Below are positions 15,894-23,538 of a stretch of DNA of 32,000 nucleotides, in pieces. Each line of letters begins with the position of its first letter. Position 1 is the stretch's first letter. Under the pieces are notes generated by a model, which saw nothing but the letters and a program-made list of their open reading frames with translations, did no database searches and was not told where the DNA came from. Origin of the DNA: Candidatus Saccharimonadota bacterium (GTDB lineage: Bacteria; Patescibacteriota; Gracilibacteria; UBA4473); assembly GCA_020632335.1 (NCBI GenBank), contig JACKFV010000001.1, positions 300,001-332,000 on the forward strand, written 5' to 3'. The position numbers and the translations under genes were made by a program.

Positions 15894-16223
15894 TTAAGAG
15901 ACAGGTTTGAGGTAAATGTTCAGGTGTGCGGTGGGTTTTTGCAGCGGCAGTGCCCGGCCACGAGGCGAGGGCAAGTAGCGCCGCAAGTAGGTACCGCGAG
16001 TAGCCTCCGCGCGGTCTACCAGCAGGGACTCTGCGGTAAAGCCATCATTATGCTCCGCGTTGGCAATGGCGCTCTCCAGCACCTGCAGCCAGAGCCGAGC
16101 TGCCTTCTGCGGACTGTGCCGCAGCAGATCTCGTGCCTCCACCGCGTTATGCTGACGGATCATACCGGCTACCACATTGGCCTTCTTCTGAGAAATACGT
16201 TGCTGACGAAGATGTGCGTGCAT
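15894..16223 (-). CDS. rplV: 50S ribosomal protein L22
   Basis: RISQKKANVVAGMIR...AIANAEHN... 109 aa. Sits in the canonical S19-L22-S3 order. Confidence 0.9.
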   Translation of the reverse strand: MHAHLRQQRISQKKANVVAGMIRQHNAVEARDLLRHSPQKAARLWLQVLESAIANAEHNDGFTAESLLVDRAEATRGTYLRRYLPSPRGRALPLQKPTAHLNIYLKPVS

Positions 16224-16234
16224 AGTAATAACGA

Positions 16235-16513
16235 TTATTTCTTCCCTTTAGCCAGCTTCCCTCCGTGTCCACGCCAGGTGCGCGTGGGAGAGAACTCACC
16301 GAGTTTATGCCCCACCATACGCTCCTCGATGTATACCGGGATGTGCTTCTGCCCATTGTGCACCCCAAAGGTATGGCCGATCATATCCGGAGCAATCGTA
16401 CAGCTACGGCTCCAGGTCTTGATGACTTTTTTCTCCCCAGAGGCATTGAGCGCCTCTACCTTTTTCAGGACTCGGGGGTCGATGTAAGGGCCTTTTTTTG
16501 CAGAGCGGGTCAT
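16235..16513 (-). CDS. rpsS: 30S ribosomal protein S19
   Basis: [20 protein letters not shown]...[32 protein letters not shown]. 92 aa. Confidence 0.95.
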   Translation of the reverse strand: MTRSAKKGPYIDPRVLKKVEALNASGEKKVIKTWSRSCTIAPDMIGHTFGVHNGQKHIPVYIEERMVGHKLGEFSPTRTWRGHGGKLAKGKK

Positions 16514-16524
16514 AGGAACAGGAG

Positions 16525-17376
16525 TTAGTTTTTACGAGCTTTGGCGCGATGACGCGTCCGCACAATGAGCTTATCAGACGCTTTCTTCACTTTACGAGTC
16601 TTGACCCCTAGGGCGTGCGCGCCCCATGGTGTTTTGGGGTACTTCAGCCCGATAGAATTGGACGCCTCCCCCCCACCATGCGGGTGGTCCAGCGGGTTCA
16701 TCACCTTCCCACGCACCTGTGGCCGTCGCCCCATATGCCGCACGCGTCCGGCCTTCCCCACACGCACCTGGTTGTATTCCTCATTACTCACCGTACCGAT
16801 GGTGGCGTAATTCGTCTTCTCCACCAGGCGTATCTCTCCACTGCGCAGCTCTACCTGTGCTTTGTCTCCCTCCAGGCTTACCAGCTTCGCGCTGGCCCCC
16901 GCGCTCCGTGCTATCTGGCCGCCCTTGTTCGGCGTCATCTCTACGTTATAGATGGTGAAGCCCACCGGAACATGCTGCAGCTGCATGCGGTTGCCTTCTA
17001 CAGGCTTAGCACTCACATCACACACCACGGTGTCGTTCTGCTGCATGGTCTTATGCGCCAGGCTATAGCGCTTCTCGCCATCTGCATACACCAGCAGCGC
17101 GATGAACGCTGACCGATTCGGGTCATATTCTATTTCCGCCACACGTGCAGGGATGCCCAGTTTGTCCGCTCGAGAGAAGTCTATCTGCCGGATAAACCGC
17201 TTCGCCCCGCCCCCACGGTGCCGCACGCTGATGCTCCCCTGGTTCCGCCCGCTGATCCGCTTCTTGCTCTTGAGGAGCCGCTTCTCACTCGGCGTACCGG
17301 TGGTCAGCTGCGCGTAGTCCAGCTTGGACATATTCCGTCGACCATTCGACGTGGGCTTGATCTTAATAATGGCCAT
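16525..17376 (-). CDS. rplB: 50S ribosomal protein L2
   Basis: [14 protein letters not shown]...[18 protein letters not shown]...[12 protein letters not shown]. The start overlaps the rplW stop (TAATG). Confidence 0.95.
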   Translation of the reverse strand: MAIIKIKPTSNGRRNMSKLDYAQLTTGTPSEKRLLKSKKRISGRNQGSISVRHRGGGAKRFIRQIDFSRADKLGIPARVAEIEYDPNRSAFIALLVYADGEKRYSLAHKTMQQNDTVVCDVSAKPVEGNRMQLQHVPVGFTIYNVEMTPNKGGQIARSAGASAKLVSLEGDKAQVELRSGEIRLVEKTNYATIGTVSNEEYNQVRVGKAGRVRHMGRRPQVRGKVMNPLDHPHGGGEASNSIGLKYPKTPWGAHALGVKTRKVKKASDKLIVRTRHRAKARKN

Positions 17377-17666
17377 TATGCAGGGGTACTAAAAGAGTTA
17401 ATGTCTAGTGGCTCTGCCGTCACAAAGGTAATAATTGCCTTCTTCACGGTCTTGCGTCGCGGCGCCTTGCCATAGCGCGTCATGCGGTACTTCTCGGCAT
17501 TACGCAGCGTACGCACGGCCTTCACCTCCCGCTTGTAGTAGGTCTCTACCGCCGCAGTGATGTCTTGCTTGGTGGCCTTCTCCGCTACTACAAAGGTCGC
17601 GGTGCCCTTGTCTGCCAGGGTTTTTTCGGTTTCTACGGGACGGATGAGAACGTGAGAAAGGTGCAT
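17376..17666 (-). CDS. rplW: 50S ribosomal protein L23
   Basis: Taken from the internal Met: MHLSHVLIRPVETEKTLAD...ATFVVAEKATKQDI. ATG 17666 lies 4 nt after the rplD stop (17671-17673). The track ORF's 15-codon extension overlaps rplD. Confidence 0.88.
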   Translation of the reverse strand: MHLSHVLIRPVETEKTLADKGTATFVVAEKATKQDITAAVETYYKREVKAVRTLRNAEKYRMTRYGKAPRRKTVKKAIITFVTAEPLDINSFSTPA

Positions 17667-17670
17667 GGTA

Positions 17671-18300
17671 TTACGACAAGAAAGTAGTGGTAACGGTGTC
17701 CAGTGCGTCATTCACAAAGCATACCTGATCACACAGCAGTACATCCGTTGGGTTGAGGTAGCTGGCGAGAATTGTCTGTACATTGGGCAGATTCGCCACG
17801 GACTTCTGCACCGTATAACTCCCCCGTGGCAGCACAAAGAGATAGCGTTTCGCCGTTGGTAGCACCGCCAGCGCCGTCACAAATGGCTTGGTTTTAGGGG
17901 TGTCTATATCCCCCGTCTGGAGGCCAAATACCGCCCCATCTGCCGCCCGCAGTCGTAATGCGCTCATTAGCGCCGCCCGACGCTCCTTCTTATTCATCTG
18001 CTTCACCCAGTTTTGCTGCTCCGCTCGGGGGCCAAAGGCTGCGCCCCCCCCACGCACCAGATGCGTGGTCATACTCCCACGGCGGGCATTCCCTGTTCCC
18101 TTCTGGCGGAAGGCCTTCTTCTTACTCCGGTCTACCTCCCCACGGGTGATCACATGCGCGATCGGCTGCCGGCCATTCGCATGACGCAGCACCACCGCGC
18201 GATGCAGGAGGTCTTGGTTCACTCCCCCCACAAACAGTGGCGAGTCCAGAGACTGCGTCCCCGTGACCGCGCCGTGCATATCATAGATATTCATATTCAT
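17671..18300 (-). CDS. rplD: 50S ribosomal protein L4
   Basis: Taken from Met63 of the track ORF: MNMNIYDMHG...FRQKGTGNARRGS...GGGAAFGPR. ATG 18300 lies 11 nt after the rplC stop (18312-18314). The upstream extension overlaps rplC and is Arg/Gly-rich junk. Confidence 0.88.
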   Translation of the reverse strand: MNMNIYDMHGAVTGTQSLDSPLFVGGVNQDLLHRAVVLRHANGRQPIAHVITRGEVDRSKKKAFRQKGTGNARRGSMTTHLVRGGGAAFGPRAEQQNWVKQMNKKERRAALMSALRLRAADGAVFGLQTGDIDTPKTKPFVTALAVLPTAKRYLFVLPRGSYTVQKSVANLPNVQTILASYLNPTDVLLCDQVCFVNDALDTVTTTFLS

Positions 18301-18311
18301 GAGAAGAGAAA

Positions 18312-18899
18312 TTAGCCACGAAGAAATACAAGTGATTTGTTCGCCCCGGGCACACTTCCCTCCACAATAATGAGGTCCTGCGCGGTGTCGATCGCAAAGA
18401 TTTTCACGTCCCGCAGGGTCATCTGCCCCGCCCCCATCTGCCCAGGGAGTTTCTTTCCTCGCATGATCCGCCCGGGCTTCGCGCACATCCCCACGCTCCC
18501 CGGTTGGCGGAAGTGCCCTGACCCATGCGTCTCACGCCCGGTAGCAAAGTTATGCCGTCGCACCACCCCCTGGAATCCCCGGCCCTTAGTAACGCCACTG
18601 AGTTTCACCGTCTCTCGCCCTTCCAGCGTCTCTACTCCAAACTGCGCCCCCACAACGGTATCGGTGGGTTGCTGCAGCGCCACTTCACGGATCATCTGGT
18701 AGCGCTTGCCAATATTCTTCCACTGCCCTCCACGCTCAAAGGCTCCCAGCACCACGGCCTCGTAACCATCGCGTTCGGTGGTACGTAGCCCTACCACGGT
18801 GTTCCTTGGTGCATGGAGCACCGTCACCACCGTCATCTTCCCGGTCTCCGGATTGGGGACGCGCGTCATGCCGAGTTTCTGAGCAATAAGGCCTCTCAT
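18312..18899 (-). CDS. rplC: 50S ribosomal protein L3
   Basis: MRGLIAQKLGMTRV...VTKGRGFQGVVRRHNF...PGSVG. 195 aa. Confidence 0.95.
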   Translation of the reverse strand: MRGLIAQKLGMTRVPNPETGKMTVVTVLHAPRNTVVGLRTTERDGYEAVVLGAFERGGQWKNIGKRYQMIREVALQQPTDTVVGAQFGVETLEGRETVKLSGVTKGRGFQGVVRRHNFATGRETHGSGHFRQPGSVGMCAKPGRIMRGKKLPGQMGAGQMTLRDVKIFAIDTAQDLIIVEGSVPGANKSLVFLRG

Positions 18900-18909
18900 G
18901 AGAAAGTAA

Positions 18910-19254
18910 TTAGGCGTCTATCATCTTAATCTCTACATCTACCCCCGCCGGCAACGACAACGTCTGCAGCGACTCGATAGTGGTAGCGTTCGGCTCCCGG
19001 ATGTCGATCAGCCGCTTGTGCGTGCGCATCTCGTACTGGTCTCGCGCGTCTTTATTCACAAAGGGAGAGCGATTCACGGTATAGCGCTTGATCTTGGTTG
19101 GCATGGGTACCGGCCCGCTCACCATCGCGCCATTGCGCTCGGCCGTCTCTACAATGCTCCGCGCTGCCTCGTCGATGATGGTATAGTCATACGACCGCAC
19201 CACAATGCGCAGTTGCTGGGCTTTGACTTCCTGTTTTTTCTTGGCGGCCACCAT
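18910..19254 (-). CDS. rpsJ: 30S ribosomal protein S10
   Basis: LRIVVRSYDYTIIDEAARSIVETAERNGAMVSGPVPMPTK...YEMRTHKRLIDI. 114 aa. Confidence 0.95.
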   Translation of the reverse strand: MVAAKKKQEVKAQQLRIVVRSYDYTIIDEAARSIVETAERNGAMVSGPVPMPTKIKRYTVNRSPFVNKDARDQYEMRTHKRLIDIREPNATTIESLQTLSLPAGVDVEIKMIDA

Positions 19255-19279
19255 GAGTTTCGGGCATTAAAGCGTGGGG

Positions 19280-19307
19280 AATATAATAGAGGGACCACTA
19301 CTGTCAA
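19280..19307 (-). promoter_or_regulatory. candidate sigma70-type promoter for the rpsJ operon
   Basis: Minus strand: TTGACA (19307-19302), a 16-nt spacer, then TATATT (19285-19280). The -10 lies about 25 nt upstream of the rpsJ ATG. Confidence 0.45.
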
Positions 19308-19355
19308 GACAGAAACGAAGCAAAATGCGTCCCAGCTTCTCGTGCATTAGGGGCA

Positions 19356-20027
19356 CTACAGCCCCATAGACGGGGTACTAAAGCCACGCAGGCGCCCCAG
19401 CGGCCACATCACCGCCTCCGCACGGCCCTGTATCCGCTCCTCGGGGACAAAGGCTTCACTGCCCTCAGTACACCGGCTGGAGAAGCACATACGGCTGTCT
19501 TGGCTCTTGGCACGGTTGTCGCCCATCACCATATAGTGTCCCTCCGGCACCACAAAGGTGTCTTTGCCATAGGCCTGCGTATGCCCAGCGTTGCGCTCAC
19601 TGAGGTAGGACTCTGTCAGCTGGACGTCTTGGTAGACACTATTGGTGAGGTAAACCTGCCCATTCCGCAGGGTGATAGTGTCTCCCGGCAGGCCAATAAC
19701 CCGCTTGATGTAGTACTTCTTCACCCTTAGTGGCATACCGAGGATCCTCCGCTGCATATAGGCGTCCTCCCCTGGCGGCTGAAATACCACAATATCCCCC
19801 CGCTCTGGCGTGTGTAAGAAGGTATACACAAAGGCATTGAGGAACACGGTCTCTCCTTTACTCATGCGGCATTCCTCACCATACTGGTTCAGCGTTGGGC
19901 ACATCGACCCCCCATTCACCACAAAGGGCTGAAACACATAGAAGCGAATCACCAGCCCCAGCGCAATAAAGAAGAGAATTTCTCCCAGATTCCGCAACCA
20001 CCGACGCCACCAAGAAGCAGATCCCAT
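19356..20027 (-). CDS. lepB: signal peptidase I
   Basis: N-terminal TM. Catalytic Ser box is NGGSMCPTL. Also present are KRVIGLPGD and GDNRAKSQDSR. Confidence 0.9.
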   Translation of the reverse strand: MGSASWWRRWLRNLGEILFFIALGLVIRFYVFQPFVVNGGSMCPTLNQYGEECRMSKGETVFLNAFVYTFLHTPERGDIVVFQPPGEDAYMQRRILGMPLRVKKYYIKRVIGLPGDTITLRNGQVYLTNSVYQDVQLTESYLSERNAGHTQAYGKDTFVVPEGHYMVMGDNRAKSQDSRMCFSSRCTEGSEAFVPEERIQGRAEAVMWPLGRLRGFSTPSMGL

Positions 20028-20033
20028 GCAGTA

Positions 20034-21074
20034 TTAAGATGACTGGAGAAGGGTCAGTGCGTCTTGCACCTCGGCAAAGCTCGCGCCCGTCAGCACCTGC
20101 TGCGCTACCCCCCCAGCCCGAAAGAACACGAGTGTATCCTGCACCTTCACGTCATACTCGGCCCGCAGGTTAACGTCGGTGTCATAATTCGCCCGCAGCA
20201 GCGTCACCCCACGGGGAAGCTCACTCAGGCGGTCAGTGAAGGTCTGGTCATGCTGGATGCAACTCGGGCACCACGCCGCGTAGAAGAAGATTGCAAAAGG
20301 CTCATTACTCGCTACCGCGGTGTCAAAGGCCTGCTCGGTATAGGGGAGATACAGCGCCTCTGGCTTCTCCTCAGCGGTGACTTTTTTCGTTATTTCTCCC
20401 CCGGCTATGCTCTCATAGGTCTTGCTCGGCAGTGCCTCTGCGCCCGTAGCGTGCCGGTGCTGACGGTAGAGCAGCTCAGCCAAGAGCCCCCGCGTCACCG
20501 GCTGGTCAAAGGTCATGATGTCCTCTGGCAGCGCATGTTGCACCGCCAGCTCGTCTATGTATACCCGGTACCACGGCGTCGAGGCAGCAAAGGACGGCAG
20601 CGTTCCCTTCGTGATGATTTTCGCTACCTCCGCCACGTTAATCGTCCGCTCGGGGTAGAAATTCCCGTCATCATAGCCCCGGGCCAGCCCCTCACGCATC
20701 AGCACGCAAATATACGGGGCAAACCACATCTCGCTCGGCACGTCATGCAGGGTATAGACATCCGTCGCGCAGGTCATTATTTTCTCCTCCGGGTAGGTGG
20801 CTGCAACGTACATCTTGGCAAATTCCGCGCGGTTCACGGTGCGCTCGGGCTGGTATGTCCCATCACCATAGCCCTGCACAATGCCCGCCTGACGCACATA
20901 GTCTACCGCCGCCGCGTGGGGGTGGCTCTCTGGTACGTCCGGGAAGGGATCTGCGGGGGGAGTGGGAACCGAGACAGTGCTCGCCGCGGTGCTGAAGTCC
21001 AGAGTAAAGACCGCCCCGAATGCGCCTGCAAGCACCACAGCGGGGAGGAGAAATCGTCGGAGAAGAGAAGACAT
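20034..21074 (-). CDS. secreted SLH-domain protein with a C-terminal thioredoxin-fold domain (WCPSC)
   Basis: Signal peptide is LLRRFLLPAVVLAGAFGAVF. SLH repeats include FPDVPESHPHAAAVDYVRQAGIVQGYGDGTYQPERTVNRAEFAKM and LHDVPSEMWFAPYICVLMREGLARGYDDGNFYPERTINVAEVAKI. The C-terminus FAIFFYAAWCPSCIQHDQTF carries the thioredoxin CxxC active site. Confidence 0.75.
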   Translation of the reverse strand: MSSLLRRFLLPAVVLAGAFGAVFTLDFSTAASTVSVPTPPADPFPDVPESHPHAAAVDYVRQAGIVQGYGDGTYQPERTVNRAEFAKMYVAATYPEEKIMTCATDVYTLHDVPSEMWFAPYICVLMREGLARGYDDGNFYPERTINVAEVAKIITKGTLPSFAASTPWYRVYIDELAVQHALPEDIMTFDQPVTRGLLAELLYRQHRHATGAEALPSKTYESIAGGEITKKVTAEEKPEALYLPYTEQAFDTAVASNEPFAIFFYAAWCPSCIQHDQTFTDRLSELPRGVTLLRANYDTDVNLRAEYDVKVQDTLVFFRAGGVAQQVLTGASFAEVQDALTLLQSS

Positions 21075-21226
21075 AGTGTATCGTCAACGGGCAGAGTCTA
21101 CCCCATAATCTGCATCTGTAAAGGGGGAGTTTGTTCGTCCTCAACGTCCATACGTTTGTAACCACCACAGAAAAATCCCCACCATCTGGCAGGGATTTCT
21201 CGAGGGAGGATACCAGTCCCGATTAC

Positions 21227-21619
21227 CTAGGCGTTTGGTTCGATACCAGAGCCCACCGTAAGGACAGTATTCACGATGGCGTAGCTGAGCAGGATGATGA
21301 TAATCCCGACAATAGCGTAGATGATCGCGTTGATCCCCGCAGACTTCTTGTCAGAGTTGTCCGCCCCACCCACGATGGTCATGTACCCTCCATAGATGAT
21401 GACTGCCACTGCCACCAGGCCGAGGAAGAAGAGGAACCAGTTGATCACCCGACGGATGAGGGCCCGGATCGATTGCTCTCCAGAGGTAGCCATAGAAACA
21501 GACTCTGGGCTGTCGAGCGGATTAATGAGTTGTGCATGGGCCACGAGACCTGGGTCTATTACCAGAGCCAGAGCACATGCCGACAGCACACCGAGTGCAG
21601 GAGCAATATAGGATTTCAT
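21227..21619 (-). CDS. small secreted two-TM protein, TrbC/VirB2-like 'T4SS pilin' type common in CPR genomes
   Basis: Signal peptide ends ...VAHAQ. The segment LINPL...IRALIRRVINWFLFFLGLVAVAVIIYGGYMTIVGGADNSDKKSAGINAIIYAIVGIIIILLSYAIVNTVL gives the TM-GG-x-polar loop-K-TM layout of that family. The family assignment is from memory of its pattern. Confidence 0.55.
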   Translation of the reverse strand: MKSYIAPALGVLSACALALVIDPGLVAHAQLINPLDSPESVSMATSGEQSIRALIRRVINWFLFFLGLVAVAVIIYGGYMTIVGGADNSDKKSAGINAIIYAIVGIIIILLSYAIVNTVLTVGSGIEPNA

Positions 21620-21741
21620 GAGGAGAATGGGTTAGGTATCCTGTAGAAACATTAGTAGCTTAGCATAGCTCCGGAGAGCGTGGCAAGCATTTTCTCCAGA
21701 AAATACTATGATTCTCCCCCCTGAAAGCAAGCAAATCCACA

Positions 21742-21769
21742 TTGACAAGCCAGTGCGGTAGGGTAGATT
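21742..21769 (+). promoter_or_regulatory. candidate promoter for tRNA-Leu(CAG)
   Basis: TTGACA (21742-21747), a 16-nt spacer, then TAGATT (21764-21769). The mature tRNA 5' end lies 22 nt downstream of the -10. The region also contains the hairpin GTGCGG/CCGCAC, which makes the call ambiguous. Confidence 0.35.
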
Positions 21770-21790
21770 CCGCACGGATTTATAGATCGT

Positions 21791-21876
21791 GCTACGGTGG
21801 CGGAATTGGTAGACGCGCACGTTTCAGGGACGTGTATCCCCCGGATGTGAGAGTTCGAGTCTCTCCCGTAGCACCA
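21791..21876 (+). tRNA. tRNA-Leu (anticodon CAG), class II, CCA encoded
   Basis: Acceptor GCTACGG/CCGTAGC. D arm GCG-GAATTGGTAGA-CGC. Anticodon stem CACGT/ACGTG with loop TTCAGGG. Variable arm is 14 nt. T arm GAGAG-TTCGAGT-CTCTC. Ends in ACCA. Total 86 nt. Confidence 0.92.
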
Positions 21877-21910
21877 CAACTCCAAGAATAAAGTCATATA
21901 TCGTCATACG

Positions 21911-21934
21911 AAAAAACCCGCATGGCGGGATTTT
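21911..21934. terminator. bidirectional rho-independent terminator shared by tRNA-Leu (+) and rpmG (-)
   Basis: AAAAAA-CCCGC-atg-GCGGG-ATTTT. The GC stem is flanked by an A-run on one side and a T-run on the other. It sits between two convergent genes. Confidence 0.6.
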
Positions 21935-21962
21935 CTACAGGTCTAGAGTGAGCAAAGCGGCG

Positions 21963-22172
21963 CTACTTATTCTGCGTACGGCTGATACGCTGCGCTTTAT
22001 GAATGGTGTGCTTGCGCAGTGCTGGGCAGTACTTCTTCTGCTCAAAGCTCTTCACGTCAATATTCTGCGTATTCAGCAGCACGGTGTAGTTCCCCACTTT
22101 TTTGCCGGTCTCCTGCTGTAATTCGGTACAGTAGAGGGAGAAGAAGGCTCGTTTTTTGGTCGCTCGTGGCAT
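21963..22172 (-). CDS. rpmG: 50S ribosomal protein L33
   Basis: 69-aa basic protein. KKYCPALRKHTIHKA matches the conserved L33 C-terminal block (KKFCP.CRKHT.HKE). Each of the two CxxC pairs retains only one Cys (C-T-E-L and C-P-A-L). Confidence 0.7.
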   Translation of the reverse strand: MPRATKKRAFFSLYCTELQQETGKKVGNYTVLLNTQNIDVKSFEQKKYCPALRKHTIHKAQRISRTQNK

Positions 22173-22219
22173 GGCAGTACATCAATACGACGCCTACAGT
22201 AAATAAAGAAGCGGCCCTG

Positions 22220-22561
22220 TCAACCAGATCTCATCGCTTCTGTGAGGGGCGCTAAGAGCAGGCGCAGCTCCTCTCGGAGGAGGGTAGGCTCCGGCGCCGC
22301 GGTCCCCCGCCAGGTGATGACCCCGCTCACCGGTGGCAGCGTCGCCATCAGCGCAGGGGTCAGCGCTCCATAGAGCTGCCGTCGCACCGCGTTGCGCTCG
22401 TGTGCTTTGCGAAAGTGCTTCTTCCCCACCGTACAGCTGAGGCGGGTGCCATACTTGCTGGGGGCATACTTCAAGAAAAGATGCGGCGTCGAGAGACTCT
22501 CTCCACGACGAAACACCCACGCAAACTGCCGGGATTTCAGCCGCTGCGCCTTCGGGAGCAT
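22220..22561 (-). CDS. rnpA: ribonuclease P protein component
   Basis: 113-aa basic protein. LKSRQFAWVFRRGES is followed by the RNR-type motif KAHERNAVRRQLY. The ATG lies 1 nt after the rpsQ stop. Confidence 0.75.
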   Translation of the reverse strand: MLPKAQRLKSRQFAWVFRRGESLSTPHLFLKYAPSKYGTRLSCTVGKKHFRKAHERNAVRRQLYGALTPALMATLPPVSGVITWRGTAAPEPTLLREELRLLLAPLTEAMRSG

Positions 22562-22562
22562 G

Positions 22563-22808
22563 CTACTCCGTCACGATAGCCGGGGTGCGGTCTACCACTT
22601 TCCAGCTCTTTTGCTTGCTTATCGGCCGGCATGACTGGATGGTCACCGCGTCGTTCACACCGCATTCGTTGGCCTCATCATGCGCCACGAAGTGCTTCAC
22701 CACGGTGTAGATCTTCTTGTATTTGGGGTGCGCCTGGCGCTCGGTCACCCGCACGCGCACAGACTTATCACCTGATTTCTTCACGATAACGCCTTGTTTC
22801 ACTTGCAT
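22563..22808 (-). CDS. rpsQ: 30S ribosomal protein S17
   Basis: GVIVKKSGDKSVRVRVTERQAHPKYKKIY...HDEANECGVNDAVTIQSCRPISKQKSWKV. Confidence 0.92.
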   Translation of the reverse strand: MQVKQGVIVKKSGDKSVRVRVTERQAHPKYKKIYTVVKHFVAHDEANECGVNDAVTIQSCRPISKQKSWKVVDRTPAIVTE

Positions 22809-22820
22809 GAGGAGGAGAGA

Positions 22821-23027
22821 TTACGCAGCCGTGCGCTGCTTTTGGGTCAAGAGAGTATGGATCTGCGCGATGTTTTTCTTCAGCGCGGGGATCTTCGACG
22901 TGTTTTGTTCGCGCCCGGTTTTGACAAAAAGACGCGCCTGCGCCAGCTCATGACGCTTAGCGTGCAGCTCCTTCCAGAGCTTGCTCTCGGGCATTTGTCG
23001 GAGTTCTGGCAGGGTAATAACAGCCAT
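22821..23027 (-). CDS. rpmC: 50S ribosomal protein L29
   Basis: 68 aa. LRQMPESKLWKELHAKRHELAQARL... It sits between L16 and S17. Confidence 0.88.
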   Translation of the reverse strand: MAVITLPELRQMPESKLWKELHAKRHELAQARLFVKTGREQNTSKIPALKKNIAQIHTLLTQKQRTAA

Positions 23028-23038
23028 CAGAAAGAGGA

Positions 23039-23461
23039 TTAAACAACCATATTTTTCTCAATAATTTTGCACTGGCAAGGCATTTTGTATTTGGCCTTGC
23101 GCAGGGCCTCCCGCATGATTTCCTCGCTCACACCCCCCATCTCAAAGAGTACCGTACCTGGTCGCACCTGGCACACCCATTTATCCGGCGCACCCTTCCC
23201 CTTCCCCATCGGCATTTCCCCAGATTTACCCGTCAGCACTTTATCCGGGAAGATACGAATCCAGATCTTCCCTCCTCGCTTGGCCGTACGCACCATGGCA
23301 ATCCGCGCGCTCTCTATCTGCCGGCTGGTGATCTCTCCTGCGGTCATAGCCTTCAGCGCCATATCACCATAGGCCATGCTGTTCCCTTTGTAGGCAATTC
23401 CCTTGGCCTGCCCACGGAGGCGGAATTGTTTGCGGTGCTTGACTCGTTTGGGTTGGAGCAT
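23039..23461 (-). CDS. rplP: 50S ribosomal protein L16
   Basis: Taken from the internal Met30 of the track ORF: [38 protein letters not shown]...[17 protein letters not shown]. Confidence 0.92.
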   Translation of the reverse strand: MLQPKRVKHRKQFRLRGQAKGIAYKGNSMAYGDMALKAMTAGEITSRQIESARIAMVRTAKRGGKIWIRIFPDKVLTGKSGEMPMGKGKGAPDKWVCQVRPGTVLFEMGGVSEEIMREALRKAKYKMPCQCKIIEKNMVV

Positions 23462-23510
23462 CGTGCAGAGAGGTCTTATGTACCGGGAGTATCTCCCATA
23501 AACACGGCCA

Positions 23511-23538
23511 AATGTACACACGCCCTCATGACTGTCAA
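23511..23538 (-). promoter_or_regulatory. candidate internal promoter upstream of rplP
   Basis: Minus strand: TTGACA (23538-23533), a 16-nt spacer, then TACATT (23516-23511). A small hairpin GGGAG-ata-CTCCC follows, ahead of the rplP ATG. Confidence 0.3.

Noticed and set aside
17671-18486. N-terminal extensions in the ORF track for rplD (to 18486), rplW (to 17711), rplP (to 23548), glmS (to 15199), the DUF192 gene (from 12575) and the DUF389 gene (from 25686).
   Set aside because: The extensions overlap the preceding gene or are non-homologous junk. Conserved protein N-termini (MNMNIYD..., MHLSHVLIRP..., [11 protein letters not shown]..., MCGIVAY...) begin at internal Met codons placed just after the upstream stop.
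1056-21074. The two SLH-domain genes in opposite orientation (1056-2315 + and 20034-21074 -) acting as inverted repeats that could mediate an inversion.
   Set aside because: Nucleotide identity is limited to short stretches encoding the conserved VNRAEFAK motif (about 14 nt identical). That is far too little for homologous recombination. All ribosomal blocks also share one orientation, which argues against an inversion.
21173-21198. A hairpin AAATCCC-N12-GGGATTT downstream of the pilin-like gene, as a possible terminator.
   Set aside because: The stem is mostly A/T with only three G:C pairs, and the loop is 12 nt. This is too weak to call with confidence, so I did not list it as a feature.
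21963-22172. L33 with half-degenerate zinc-ribbon motifs (C-T-E-L and C-P-A-L instead of CxxC pairs).
   Set aside because: Zinc-free (C-minus) L33 variants are well known. This is probably just an intermediate or degenerate form, with no further implication I can support from the sequence.
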